The notes: generated from the letters alone by a model not told the origin. Shown: positions 1 to 8,664, numbered from the stretch's first letter. The stretch: 18,072 nt of DNA from Promethearchaeota archaeon (GCA_048941285.1 JBHLNS010000058.1:1-18072), one strand, 5' to 3'. Numbers and translations are program-made.

Positions 1-978
1 AGTCCCATTTATGTTATTAAAGCCAATATCATAACCCACTATCTTAAATCCTTTCTTCAAGGCAAGAGACATTGAAGATATCCCATTTTTTGTTGCCGGA
101 ACTTTCCAAAAGATTATTCGCCAGTTCTTATAGGTTCTTAATAAATTTGAAATTGATTTTTTTTTAATATAGCCAAATAATTTCACATGCGACAAATAAT
201 AATCTTTAGAAACACCATAAAGTTCATATCCTTGATTATTTTTCTCTTTTTCAAGAATTAATGCATCATCTTTCATTTTTTTAACTTGATTTCTAATATA
301 TTCATATAAGAAGATAAAGTCTTCATTATCTAATAAAAACACATTTTTGTCTCTTTTTTTCCATAGGCTTCTAAAAATTATTGAATAAAGTACTGTACTA
401 AATTCTTCATTTTGGGCGGAACATGGATTATTATCATCAAAATCAAAATATCTGTTATCTGCTAAATTAATGTGACTAGGTATTATACCATAAGGTATTG
501 CCCCCGCATTTTGAGCAGAAGTTTGAACTTGAGTTAATGGAGCACGAACTTCAGTATTAAGTCTTAAAATATCTTTAAATTGGGGCATTTTTGTAACTGT
601 TATTAGCCCTGCTGCTGCCAAATTGGTTGTAATTCCTTGCCTTTGAAAATCTTTCTTCACAATTAGACAACCAGCGTGAGCGATGTATCTTTCTTTATCG
701 ACTAAAGCACAACCAACAGTCATATTATTTTCTAATAAATCGCTTAGGACCCAAAACTTATTAGGTTTTGAGATATCATTTTTTAAAAGGTTAGTATCAT
801 AGACATAAGGATAAGGATATTCATAATTATAGGTTTCTTTGAACAGAGATGAGATAGTTGCAGCATCTTTTGGAGTGGCAAACCTTAATCCATATTCCTG
901 CCCATTTTTAAATATGAATTTTTGAAAATAAGCATCCTCTCCTTGAAGAGCTAATCTTTTTTTGGTGATGGTTGCCAT
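1..978 (-). CDS. GNAT-family N-acetyltransferase, probably tandem/two-domain; 3' end runs off the window (absent from ORF track)
   Basis: Manual translation from ATG at 978 (GGGAG SD just upstream) is open to position 1: MATITKKRLALQGEDAYFQKFIFKNGQEYGLRFATPKDAATISSLFKETYNYEYPYPYVYD...AHAGCLIVKKDFQRQGITTNLAAAG...NAGAIPYG...LKKGFKIVGY. It has the GNAT start 'RFATPKD' and the acetyl-CoA-binding motif A 'VKKDFQRQGI'. Confidence 0.85.
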   Translation of the reverse strand, partial: MATITKKRLALQGEDAYFQKFIFKNGQEYGLRFATPKDAATISSLFKETYNYEYPYPYVYDTNLLKNDISKPNKFWVLSDLLENNMTVGCALVDKERYIAHAGCLIVKKDFQRQGITTNLAAAGLITVTKMPQFKDILRLNTEVRAPLTQVQTSAQNAGAIPYGIIPSHINLADNRYFDFDDNNPCSAQNEEFSTVLYSIIFRSLWKKRDKNVFLLDNEDFIFLYEYIRNQVKKMKDDALILEKEKNNQGYELYGVSKDYYLSHVKLFGYIKKKSISNLLRTYKNWRIIFWKVPATKNGISSMSLALKKGFKIVGYDIGFNNINGT

Positions 979-1029
979 CCTAGTCTCCCAATCTATTCTT
1001 AAATATTTAAGTAATACTTCTCAGAGGAA

Positions 1030-1045
1030 TATATAAAATTTTCTA
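1030..1045 (-). promoter_or_regulatory. Putative archaeal BRE/TATA promoter for the GNAT gene
   Basis: Minus strand reads AGAAAAT-TTTATATA about 50 nt upstream of the ATG at 978. Confidence 0.5.
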
Positions 1046-1139
1046 TTTTTTCATATGAAAAGTATTAAAAATAAGTTACAGGATAGAGTTTCCGAAAAAA
1101 GATGTGAATTATTAATTTAAAGAAAAAAATGATGAAATT

Positions 1140-1904
1140 TTACTTTTTTAATTGACTTCCCATCCCATAATACATCATGTATCCCCAGATAATTACACTA
1201 CTTATTGATAGACTTATTATAAATCTAACCTCAGGAAAATCATTAGCATCCAAAACATTAAATATAATACCTAAATATAAAAGCGCTGTTAAACCTAAAA
1301 AACCAAATAAATAGAAAAGCCACTTTCTTTTCAATGCCTTTGTTTCAAACTGGAAGTAGATTTTAAAATTTGTATAATTTATTGGAATAATTGTAAAAAT
1401 AGTCATTACTGAAGCTACATAAATAAAGAATACAGGCCCCCATTTTGGCGCATTATAAATTATTTGGACTCCTAAAATTGGATTACCATCAACATCAAAT
1501 ATTTCTCCTAATATGACTAACAGTAGCATACCAGCAAAAAGTAAGATCCCATAAAATAAAATATACCTATTTTGCCTTTTTACAGAATAAATCAGAGTTG
1601 ACTGTAATATTATCATATTTACAATAAGAAGAAAGACGGGTCCAAAAAATATGAAGTAATTAGTAAAGATATTAAGAATTAGAATAGTTACTGCATCAGT
1701 TAGGGTAGCATATACCATATTTAAAATAAAACCAATGGATACACTAATAAAAAAACCACTAAGAATAATATTTAAACGTTGCCTTTTTCTCTTTAAGACT
1801 TTATAAGTAATTATTGAAAAATATAGTACCAAAATTCCTAAAAACACATAAATCATTATAAGCCTTGGATTTTCAGCTTGATATAACGTTTTTTTCACCC
1901 ACAA
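1140..1904 (-). CDS. Standalone seven-transmembrane protein (resembles HisKA_7TM-type sensor modules, no kinase domain); start uncertain
   Basis: Seven hydrophobic segments separated by basic loops (KRKRQR, VKRQNR, KALKRK). The last helix has no retinal-binding Lys. Confidence 0.8.
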   Translation of the reverse strand: MWVKKTLYQAENPRLIMIYVFLGILVLYFSIITYKVLKRKRQRLNIILSGFFISVSIGFILNMVYATLTDAVTILILNIFTNYFIFFGPVFLLIVNMIILQSTLIYSVKRQNRYILFYGILLFAGMLLLVILGEIFDVDGNPILGVQIIYNAPKWGPVFFIYVASVMTIFTIIPINYTNFKIYFQFETKALKRKWLFYLFGFLGLTALLYLGIIFNVLDANDFPEVRFIISLSISSVIIWGYMMYYGMGSQLKK

Positions 1905-2069
1905 GGTTATTTTTAATGTTTACATGTAGTCTATCATTTGCTATTAAATATTTAAATTCATCAAAAGTCAATAATTTAATAGTTATATGGTCAGAGTTAT
2001 ATTAAAATTTATTTGTCAATATCAAAATCAATCTTAAAAAATAGAGAAAAGACATTTATTTTTTTTTAA

Positions 2070-2648
2070 TCAAATTGAGTGACTTAATTTCTTGAGTCTT
2101 TTAATCACATCCCAATCTTTCATAAGACGTGCCACACTCATAGGTACATATTGTTCCCACTCTTTATCCTTAATCATATCTTCGCGAATGTCGCTTGAGC
2201 TAAGTCCCTTATTCTGAAGTGATACTTCCCATAAAACATGTACTTTTAGCCCTAATGATTTAAAATATTGTCTTTTCTGTCTACCCCAGTCATCATAAAT
2301 TGTTAGGAAAAAAATAGCGTCTAATGGGACATAATATTTAAGCAATTCTGGAATGTTTATGGGGAAAGGAACAATACAAAACTCCGAATATTTTAATCCT
2401 TGCTCTAATAAAGCAGCTTCTAACATTTTATAACGTTCATAGTAATTTAAGGGATTAGCTATTGAAGAGCTTCTATGAGGGTTTGCTTCCGAATCTCTTG
2501 TTAAGGAAGGATCAGGATTAGTAATGCCGATCACAATATATTTACATAATTCTTTACCTGCTAAGAGATATTTTATATGATCATTATGTAATACTTGGAA
2601 TCTACCATGAATTACTCCTATTTCATATTTAGCTTTTTTCTCTTGCAT
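2070..2648 (-). CDS. Nicotinamide/nicotinate-nucleotide adenylyltransferase-like (NadM-like, cytidylyltransferase superfamily)
   Basis: N-terminal GRFQVLHNDH (HIGH-like), IGITN, NPLNYYER (NPxxxxER) and C-terminal LSSSDIRE...W..YVP.SV, all typical of archaeal-type NMN adenylyltransferases. Confidence 0.8.
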   Translation of the reverse strand: MQEKKAKYEIGVIHGRFQVLHNDHIKYLLAGKELCKYIVIGITNPDPSLTRDSEANPHRSSSIANPLNYYERYKMLEAALLEQGLKYSEFCIVPFPINIPELLKYYVPLDAIFFLTIYDDWGRQKRQYFKSLGLKVHVLWEVSLQNKGLSSSDIREDMIKDKEWEQYVPMSVARLMKDWDVIKRLKKLSHSI

Positions 2649-2800
2649 TATTATGTTTGGGTTATTTTTAAGTAATTATATTTTTAACTAATTTCAATAA
2701 TACTGTTTTTTTCACTACATTTTCAGCCTTTAAAGTTTTAAAAATTAATTTGAAATTATTATTACAATATTCCGATTACAAACTTTACATTATTATCCCA

Positions 2801-3991
2801 ATGATTTCAAATAATCTTTTTAAAACAAAATTTGAGAATTTTCATAATAAATCTAATAATAACCAAAATGTTGCCCAATTCATTCATGCAAGCGATATTC
2901 ATTTAGGCAGTCATCAGTATCGAAATGAACATAGATCAGAAGATTTCATTCGAGCATTTCAAGAAATATTAGAATTAGCAATTAAATATTATGTCGATTT
3001 TATCATACTAGGCGGAGACGTGTTTACATCCTTAGAAATGCTTCCCGGAACGCTAACCAAAATCATAGACATATTGAGAGATTTTAAAGATTTTACAAAT
3101 GGGTCAATTTTAATTATTGCAATTGAGGGTAATCATGATATACGAAAATTTTCAAGAGGAATTAGATTTGAAAAAAGAGACCAGTCATGGTTAAAACTTT
3201 TAAATAACTTAGGATTAATAATCCTTCTTAATGCTGACTTAGAGGCTCCTATTGGTGAGATATTTATACCATATAATTTTGAGACCAAAAGAGGGGGAAA
3301 GATACAAATCAAAAATATAGTAATTTATGGCACGCATTATTTAGGAGAAAAACCGATTTCCTTTCTTTCAATAATAAGAAGAGCAATAGTAAAAAATTGT
3401 GCTCTATATAATATTCTATTACAACATTTTGGCATTGAGGGTCAGATGGAGAACGTTCCGGGAATTAAATTAAAAGATATTCAACCCCTAAGGCATAGGG
3501 TAAATTACTTAGCTTTAGGTCATTTCCATAAGCAATTCATCCTGGAAAATTGGATATACAATCCAGGTTCTTCAGAAGCTGTATGTTCAATGGATAATTC
3601 TTTTAAACGAGGTATTTTTTTAGTAAAAATTTCAAAAAAAGATGATTTTTTCACAAAACAAGTTAAAATAATTCAATTAGCAAACCGAAAATATCTATGG
3701 CAAACAATTTATATCAATTTTGAAATAAGAGATAAATATAAAATTGAAGATTTTATCATCAATAAATTAAAATCCTCATTAAAATATCTATCTCATGATT
3801 TTCATCCATCTAATCGGCAAATGCCAATTTTATACTTAATTTTAAAAGGGATAGAGCCTTCAAAAACATGTAAGATCAACGAAAAAGATTTAAGAGTCAA
3901 AATTTGTGAAATTTTGCCAATTCTAGATGTCATAATTTATCAGAAATTTATGAGTTCACTAAAAACTTTAGATAACTACATATTAGTGTAA
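2801..3991 (+). CDS. Mre11/SbcD-family DNA repair nuclease (calcineurin-like metallophosphoesterase); ATG at 2801 preferred over TTG at 2750
   Basis: All five motifs are present: HASDIHLG, GGDVF, EGNHD, LQH, YLALGHFH. Also NPGSSE and a C-terminal capping-like region. Confidence 0.88.
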   Translation: MISNNLFKTKFENFHNKSNNNQNVAQFIHASDIHLGSHQYRNEHRSEDFIRAFQEILELAIKYYVDFIILGGDVFTSLEMLPGTLTKIIDILRDFKDFTNGSILIIAIEGNHDIRKFSRGIRFEKRDQSWLKLLNNLGLIILLNADLEAPIGEIFIPYNFETKRGGKIQIKNIVIYGTHYLGEKPISFLSIIRRAIVKNCALYNILLQHFGIEGQMENVPGIKLKDIQPLRHRVNYLALGHFHKQFILENWIYNPGSSEAVCSMDNSFKRGIFLVKISKKDDFFTKQVKIIQLANRKYLWQTIYINFEIRDKYKIEDFIINKLKSSLKYLSHDFHPSNRQMPILYLILKGIEPSKTCKINEKDLRVKICEILPILDVIIYQKFMSSLKTLDNYILV

Positions 3992-4021
3992 AAATTATTG
4001 ATTGAATTATATTCTTTTTTT

Positions 4022-4034
4022 AAAAGTTTATAAG
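4022..4034 (+). promoter_or_regulatory. Putative BRE/TATA for a leaderless transcript of the PHP gene
   Basis: AAAAG-TTTATAAG ends about 24 nt before the ATG at 4058, and no SD is present. Confidence 0.5.
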
Positions 4035-4057
4035 TAGATTCAATTAAAATACCTATT

Positions 4058-5665
4058 ATGAAAATTAAATCACTAATAAAAAACAATAAATTTTTCACAA
4101 TTATTTCTATTGCTTTCCTAATTTGGTTTATTTTCTTACTCATATTATCTGTTTCTGGACATCGAATAGTAATATTCTATGATGCTCTTGGACAGATTAA
4201 TATTTCATCTGATTTTTCAAGTAAATTTCCATTTCTGAGATATTTTGTAGAGCCGTTCTATGCGATTGCTTATATTTTAGAATATGAATTTACATGGATG
4301 TATCTTTTCTTAATTTTTTATCCAATTCTGCGGTTGATTTATTTGTTTTTAAAAAAAAGAGGGATGTTTGGCACGGATAAATATAGATATATCACCTTTC
4401 CAATAAAAGACGTCATTTACTTTTCTTTTAAGATATTGACTACTGCCATTTTATGTGTTGGATTTTATATTCTTATAGGGTTTGTCTTACAAGGCTACTT
4501 TTTTGTGAGCAGAAACTTTATGATACCCATCCAAATAGCTGTTCATTTAAGCATCATTCTAATTTTTATCAAAATTGGGTATACAATTCTTAAATTTCTT
4601 CATCCAAAGCTTTCACTAAACTTATCTAAGAAATTTCTAACTCAAAAGTCAAAAAGAAAACCAAGGGTACAAACAATAAAAAGAGAGACTGTTTATTACG
4701 TTGGAATTGGTGCCATACTTCTTTGTATTAATATTCTGCTTATCTCTACTCCCTTTCCACCTCATGAAATTGTCTCAACAATTCCACTTGATGATGATGA
4801 ATTTTTATTCGATTTTCACGTTCATACCACATTTTCTGATGGGTGGCTCACTGTAGAAGAAAGGATCAACTGGTATATTCAACAAGGAATATCTGGAGCT
4901 GCGTTTTCGGATCATGATAATATAAGGGGCGCTACTATTGCTAGTAATTATGTGATTACATATGGATTAGAATTCATAGTATTTATGGCAGAAGAATGGA
5001 CTGATAATGAAAATGATATTCATATGAACTACTATGGCCTTGCTGAAGAAATTGTGCCATTGCAATCATACACTCCAGGTGGTCCTGTAGCTTTGAATAT
5101 ATCAGAGACAATAAGTTACGTTAAAGCAAATGGAGGTTATATTATTGTCAATCATTATAATTATGATACTAATCCTGAGGGTGGTTTTGGTGTTCCATAT
5201 ACATTAACACAATTGAAAGATTGGGGTGTTGATGGATTTGAGATAGTTAATGGAGGTAGTTATTCTGGGAAGTATATACAAATACGCGAATTCTGTCTTG
5301 ATAATAATATAACATGTATGGGAGGATCAGATACTCATACTAATGAAGATTTAAATACTTTCATTAAACTAAGGCTTGCTGATCCAACAAATTTAACTAT
5401 AGCAAACATTTTTGATACATTAAAGGATAATACTCATCAAGTAGTTGCGATTGATCTTTATCCAGAAGTGGTTGAATTTCCGGGGGATTTGAATGATTTT
5501 GGATTTTATGTTTTAGAGGATTTTATCAATTACATTTTAAATATAGACATCTATCAGATTTTATCTTGGATAATTTGGTCAAGTTTCGGATATATATTGT
5601 TCTTTGCAATATATCGAAAAATTAAAAAGATTAATTCAAGGTTCTTAAAAAATAAAATCCTATAA
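4058..5665 (+). CDS. Multi-pass membrane protein with a PHP (polymerase/histidinol phosphatase) phosphoesterase domain
   Basis: About 5 N-terminal TM helices, then PHP motifs DFHVHTTFSDG, FSDHD, AEE, IHM, VNHY, FEIVNG, GGSDTH, then one C-terminal TM followed by RKIKK. Confidence 0.88.
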   Translation: MKIKSLIKNNKFFTIISIAFLIWFIFLLILSVSGHRIVIFYDALGQINISSDFSSKFPFLRYFVEPFYAIAYILEYEFTWMYLFLIFYPILRLIYLFLKKRGMFGTDKYRYITFPIKDVIYFSFKILTTAILCVGFYILIGFVLQGYFFVSRNFMIPIQIAVHLSIILIFIKIGYTILKFLHPKLSLNLSKKFLTQKSKRKPRVQTIKRETVYYVGIGAILLCINILLISTPFPPHEIVSTIPLDDDEFLFDFHVHTTFSDGWLTVEERINWYIQQGISGAAFSDHDNIRGATIASNYVITYGLEFIVFMAEEWTDNENDIHMNYYGLAEEIVPLQSYTPGGPVALNISETISYVKANGGYIIVNHYNYDTNPEGGFGVPYTLTQLKDWGVDGFEIVNGGSYSGKYIQIREFCLDNNITCMGGSDTHTNEDLNTFIKLRLADPTNLTIANIFDTLKDNTHQVVAIDLYPEVVEFPGDLNDFGFYVLEDFINYILNIDIYQILSWIIWSSFGYILFFAIYRKIKKINSRFLKNKIL

Positions 5666-5792
5666 ATCAATCAAATAAAATAGACCTTAAATTTAGACAC
5701 ATTTAGGATTGATAAAATTAAATTTTATTCCATTATAACAAATAATTTTACAACTTTAACACAAAGTAAAGAAGCAAATCTCAGCAAATTGT

Positions 5793-6254
5793 CTAAATAT
5801 AGTAGTGAGTGTTATCTTCCCCGTAATTATCATTCTCGTCGTCGTTATTATCATCATCATCATGTCCAAGAAATTTCTTATAGAAGTATTTTAACATATC
5901 TTCTGGATCCCCCTTGAAATCTTTGAGATCTCGAGGATCTATCTTTATAATACTGCCCCTTTTTAATGGTATAATTTTATCGCGCAGTTCTTTCTCCATT
6001 CTCTCTTGTTGTTTTGCATTTAAAAGTAATTCCTTTTTCATTAATTCTTGTAATTCATTTACTACAAGTTTATCTAAATAGTCTGGCTCAAATTCTAAAA
6101 GTGTTTCTAGACCATAGAATTTAGTAATTCGTTTAAGTGCCTTCTCTTTTTTAAATTTTGGAATCTGACTTATACTCTGAAGATTTAGCATCGATAATAT
6201 ATTTAGCCAATCTAGTTTTATTGCCCAAGATAATTCTTTGTTATCTTCTTCCAT
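5793..6254 (-). CDS. Hypothetical helical protein with acidic C-terminal tail ending ...THYYI
   Basis: 153-aa ATG-started ORF with K/E-rich composition like neighbouring genes. No family recognised. Confidence 0.75.
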   Translation of the reverse strand: MEEDNKELSWAIKLDWLNILSMLNLQSISQIPKFKKEKALKRITKFYGLETLLEFEPDYLDKLVVNELQELMKKELLLNAKQQERMEKELRDKIIPLKRGSIIKIDPRDLKDFKGDPEDMLKYFYKKFLGHDDDDNNDDENDNYGEDNTHYYI

Positions 6255-6470
6255 TTTTAGTAAGTTAGTTTTTATATTTAATAAAATTTAAGATAAGAAA
6301 TAAACTTTTTTTAAAGATTCTTATATTATATCCAATCAATGAGCCTTATAAATTTATTGATTTTAATCAATAATATTCAAAATAAGATATTATTTCAAGA
6401 TTTTTATTAATTTCAGAAGAAATTATATAATAAATATTAAAGGTATTAATAGAAAGATTTTCTTGCAAGA

Positions 6471-7310
6471 TTATTTATTTTGAATGAATTCTCGAATTTT
6501 AGTAGATACAAATTCTGGATCATCATGGGTTATCCAATGAGAGGATTCTTCATTTATTTCAATTTTTAGATTCTTAACATAGTTAGGTAAGCCATCTAAT
6601 AATTTAGGTGTTAAAAATAAATCTTTCATGCCCCAAAGTACTAAAGTAGGAATTTCAATGATTCCTGTCCAATCTTCGAGGTTACTATTTGCCCTATAGT
6701 AATTCACACCTCCTTCTATTGCTCCTGGGTGAGACCATGCTTCTATATATTTTTCTTTATCTAAAGCACTAAAACTTTTTGTAAAGACAAATTTTCTTAA
6801 TTGTTTAAAATCGTTTTCGATTATAAACTGCTCTCCTTTGGGTTTATAAAACTCAAAAATATAGAAACTTGCTTTTTGTTGGTCTTTATCTGTTCTTAAC
6901 TTTTGAGAGAAAATTTTATGATGAGGAGAATTTAATATTATCATTTTATTTAATAACTCCGGGTATTTTTCGGCAAAAATCCAAGCTACAGCTCCGCCCC
7001 AATCGTGCCCTGCGAGATTAAATTTTCCTAATTCCAATCTTTCAATTAACCCTTTAATATCTTCTATTAAAATTTCTACTTTATAGTTTTCTATACCCTT
7101 CGGTTTGTCAGATAAATTATAACCTCTCATATCTGGAATAATTAATTTGAAATCATCCTTAAGGAGTGGAATTACTTTTGACCAACAATACCAGAATTCA
7201 GGAAAACCATGCAGTAAAACTAATGGTTCTCCTGATCCGACAATTATTGTGTGTAGTTTTATTTTATTGGTTTCAATAAATACTTCTTCTATATTATTTA
7301 GTTTTACCAT
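6471..7310 (-). CDS. Alpha/beta hydrolase, epoxide hydrolase-like
   Basis: LLHGFPE oxyanion motif, PDMRGYNLSDKP, GHDWGG (Asp nucleophile), cap-domain Tyr residues (SFY, NYYR), WGMKD and the catalytic SHW. Confidence 0.92.
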   Translation of the reverse strand: MVKLNNIEEVFIETNKIKLHTIIVGSGEPLVLLHGFPEFWYCWSKVIPLLKDDFKLIIPDMRGYNLSDKPKGIENYKVEILIEDIKGLIERLELGKFNLAGHDWGGAVAWIFAEKYPELLNKMIILNSPHHKIFSQKLRTDKDQQKASFYIFEFYKPKGEQFIIENDFKQLRKFVFTKSFSALDKEKYIEAWSHPGAIEGGVNYYRANSNLEDWTGIIEIPTLVLWGMKDLFLTPKLLDGLPNYVKNLKIEINEESSHWITHDDPEFVSTKIREFIQNK

Positions 7311-7424
7311 AGTTGTTGGAATGTAAAAAGCCTTTTAATCTTTAATGAAATTTGATTAAAAATAGGAATACAATAAAAATAGTATAAAAATTAGGTAATG
7401 TATAACAAAAATTTGCTGATTTAT

Positions 7425-7637
7425 TTATTCAAAATAACTCAAAAATGATTTTGTAAAATCTTTTACTGATGAATTGTCAATTTCACCGAATTTATAACGC
7501 CCACGTGGTAATTTGGATTTCCCTGAAAGATGTTTCTTTAAGGCACGTTCATAATCATTAATAGCTAGACTATTATGTTCGGCAAATTTTATTTCACCAA
7601 AATATTCCATTATGTTCTCTTTAATATTAAGCACCAT
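7425..7637 (-). CDS. Small hypothetical protein (70 aa)
   Basis: ATG-started ORF that overlaps no other gene, with a canonical BRE/TATA at 7700-7715. Confidence 0.6.
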   Translation of the reverse strand: MVLNIKENIMEYFGEIKFAEHNSLAINDYERALKKHLSGKSKLPRGRYKFGEIDNSSVKDFTKSFLSYFE

Positions 7638-7699
7638 TTATCGTTTTATTCAAATGTTTTTTTAATTAAATAATTAAGTAATTAATTAAGTAAGTCAAC

Positions 7700-7715
7700 T
7701 ATATAAATCTTTTCC
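7700..7715 (-). promoter_or_regulatory. Archaeal BRE-TATA promoter for the 70-aa ORF
   Basis: Minus strand reads GGAAAAGA-TTTATATA, a close match to the BRE/TATA consensus, about 63 nt upstream of ATG 7637. Confidence 0.65.
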
Positions 7716-7765
7716 TACACTTGCAACGGTTAAAGTTTCTTAAATTTTACCGAATCCCCATTCAC

Positions 7766-7783
7766 TGAATGAAGGTTCATTCT
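7766..7783. promoter_or_regulatory. Palindromic candidate TetR operator TGAATGA-AGGT-TCATTCT
   Basis: Perfect inverted repeat GAATGAA-GG-TTCATTC (7767-7782) in the divergent intergenic region upstream of the TetR gene. Confidence 0.45.
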
Positions 7784-8049
7784 TTTTTCATTAACTTCAT
7801 AAAATACGATTATAACAAAGAAAAAATATGAAAATGATACTTTTAGTGTTTTCCCATCATTTTCCCGCTTGCCATAATTTGGGATTGCAAGTCCTTTTAG
7901 ATAATAATTACATACTTAAACTTAATAAAAAAATAGTAATTTGAAAATTAAAAAGTAATATATTTTAGCATATTTTCTTTAATTGTATAGTCTTTTTAAT
8001 GAATGATTTGATGGATCAATAGTAAATTATTTTTTTGAGTTGGTTTTAA

Positions 8050-8664
8050 ATGTCCTTAAGGAAAAAAAAGTCTGAAATTGTTAAGAGAGAAAAAAGAAAC
8101 TTATTTATAATTTCAGCTCTTACTGTTTTTGAAGAAAAAGGATTCAATAATACCCGAATAAAAGATATAACAAGAAAAGCAAATACTTCTGTAGGGAATC
8201 TATATGGGTACTTTAAAAGTAAGGAAGAAATATTCGATGTCATAATTAGTGGAATAGCTGAACTAATGATAAGTAAATTTAGAGAATTATTCATCTATTT
8301 CAAAGAAGACAGAATTCCCCCTATCTCTGCTGTTAAAAACCTTTTTCGAGGATACGCAAAAATATTTAAAGCGAAAAAAGAAACGTTCCTTATCTTTTTT
8401 GAGCAAATGGGCGGTATTAATGCGAAATACCGGATGAAAAGGAATAAAATAATTGACAATTTTACAGATGAAGTAGAAAAAATCATTGTAAAATTATCAG
8501 AATTTGGAGCTCGCCCCCAGAATCCTAAAATAACAGCCAGAGTTTGGACATCCACCGTACTCGGAGTCTTTACTTGGTGGATTCGCAATAATTTTATACC
8601 AGAAGAAGAAGAACTTGTTGATAATTTAACGGCATTTCTAGTACGGGGAACTATGACAAATTAA
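8050..8664 (+). CDS. TetR/AcrR family transcriptional regulator
   Basis: HTH signature SALTVFEEKGFNNTRIKDITRKANTSVGNLYGYFKSKEEIF followed by a helical ligand-binding C-terminus. Confidence 0.95.
   Translation: MSLRKKKSEIVKREKRNLFIISALTVFEEKGFNNTRIKDITRKANTSVGNLYGYFKSKEEIFDVIISGIAELMISKFRELFIYFKEDRIPPISAVKNLFRGYAKIFKAKKETFLIFFEQMGGINAKYRMKRNKIIDNFTDEVEKIIVKLSEFGARPQNPKITARVWTSTVLGVFTWWIRNNFIPEEEELVDNLTAFLVRGTMTN

Noticed and set aside
1140-1904. 7TM protein as a rhodopsin (heliorhodopsin or schizorhodopsin)
   Set aside because: The seventh helix (FIISLSISSVIIWGYMMYYG) has no Lys for a retinal Schiff base.
2750-5665. Mre11 + PHP as an anti-phage system (e.g. Ppl or Wadjet-like)
   Set aside because: No ATPase/SMC partner and no defence-island context. 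The PHP gene seems to have its own promoter and a probably extracellular domain.
8046-8588. Minus-strand ORFs 8046-8294 and 8295-8588
   Set aside because: Antisense shadows of the well-supported TetR gene, with no motifs.
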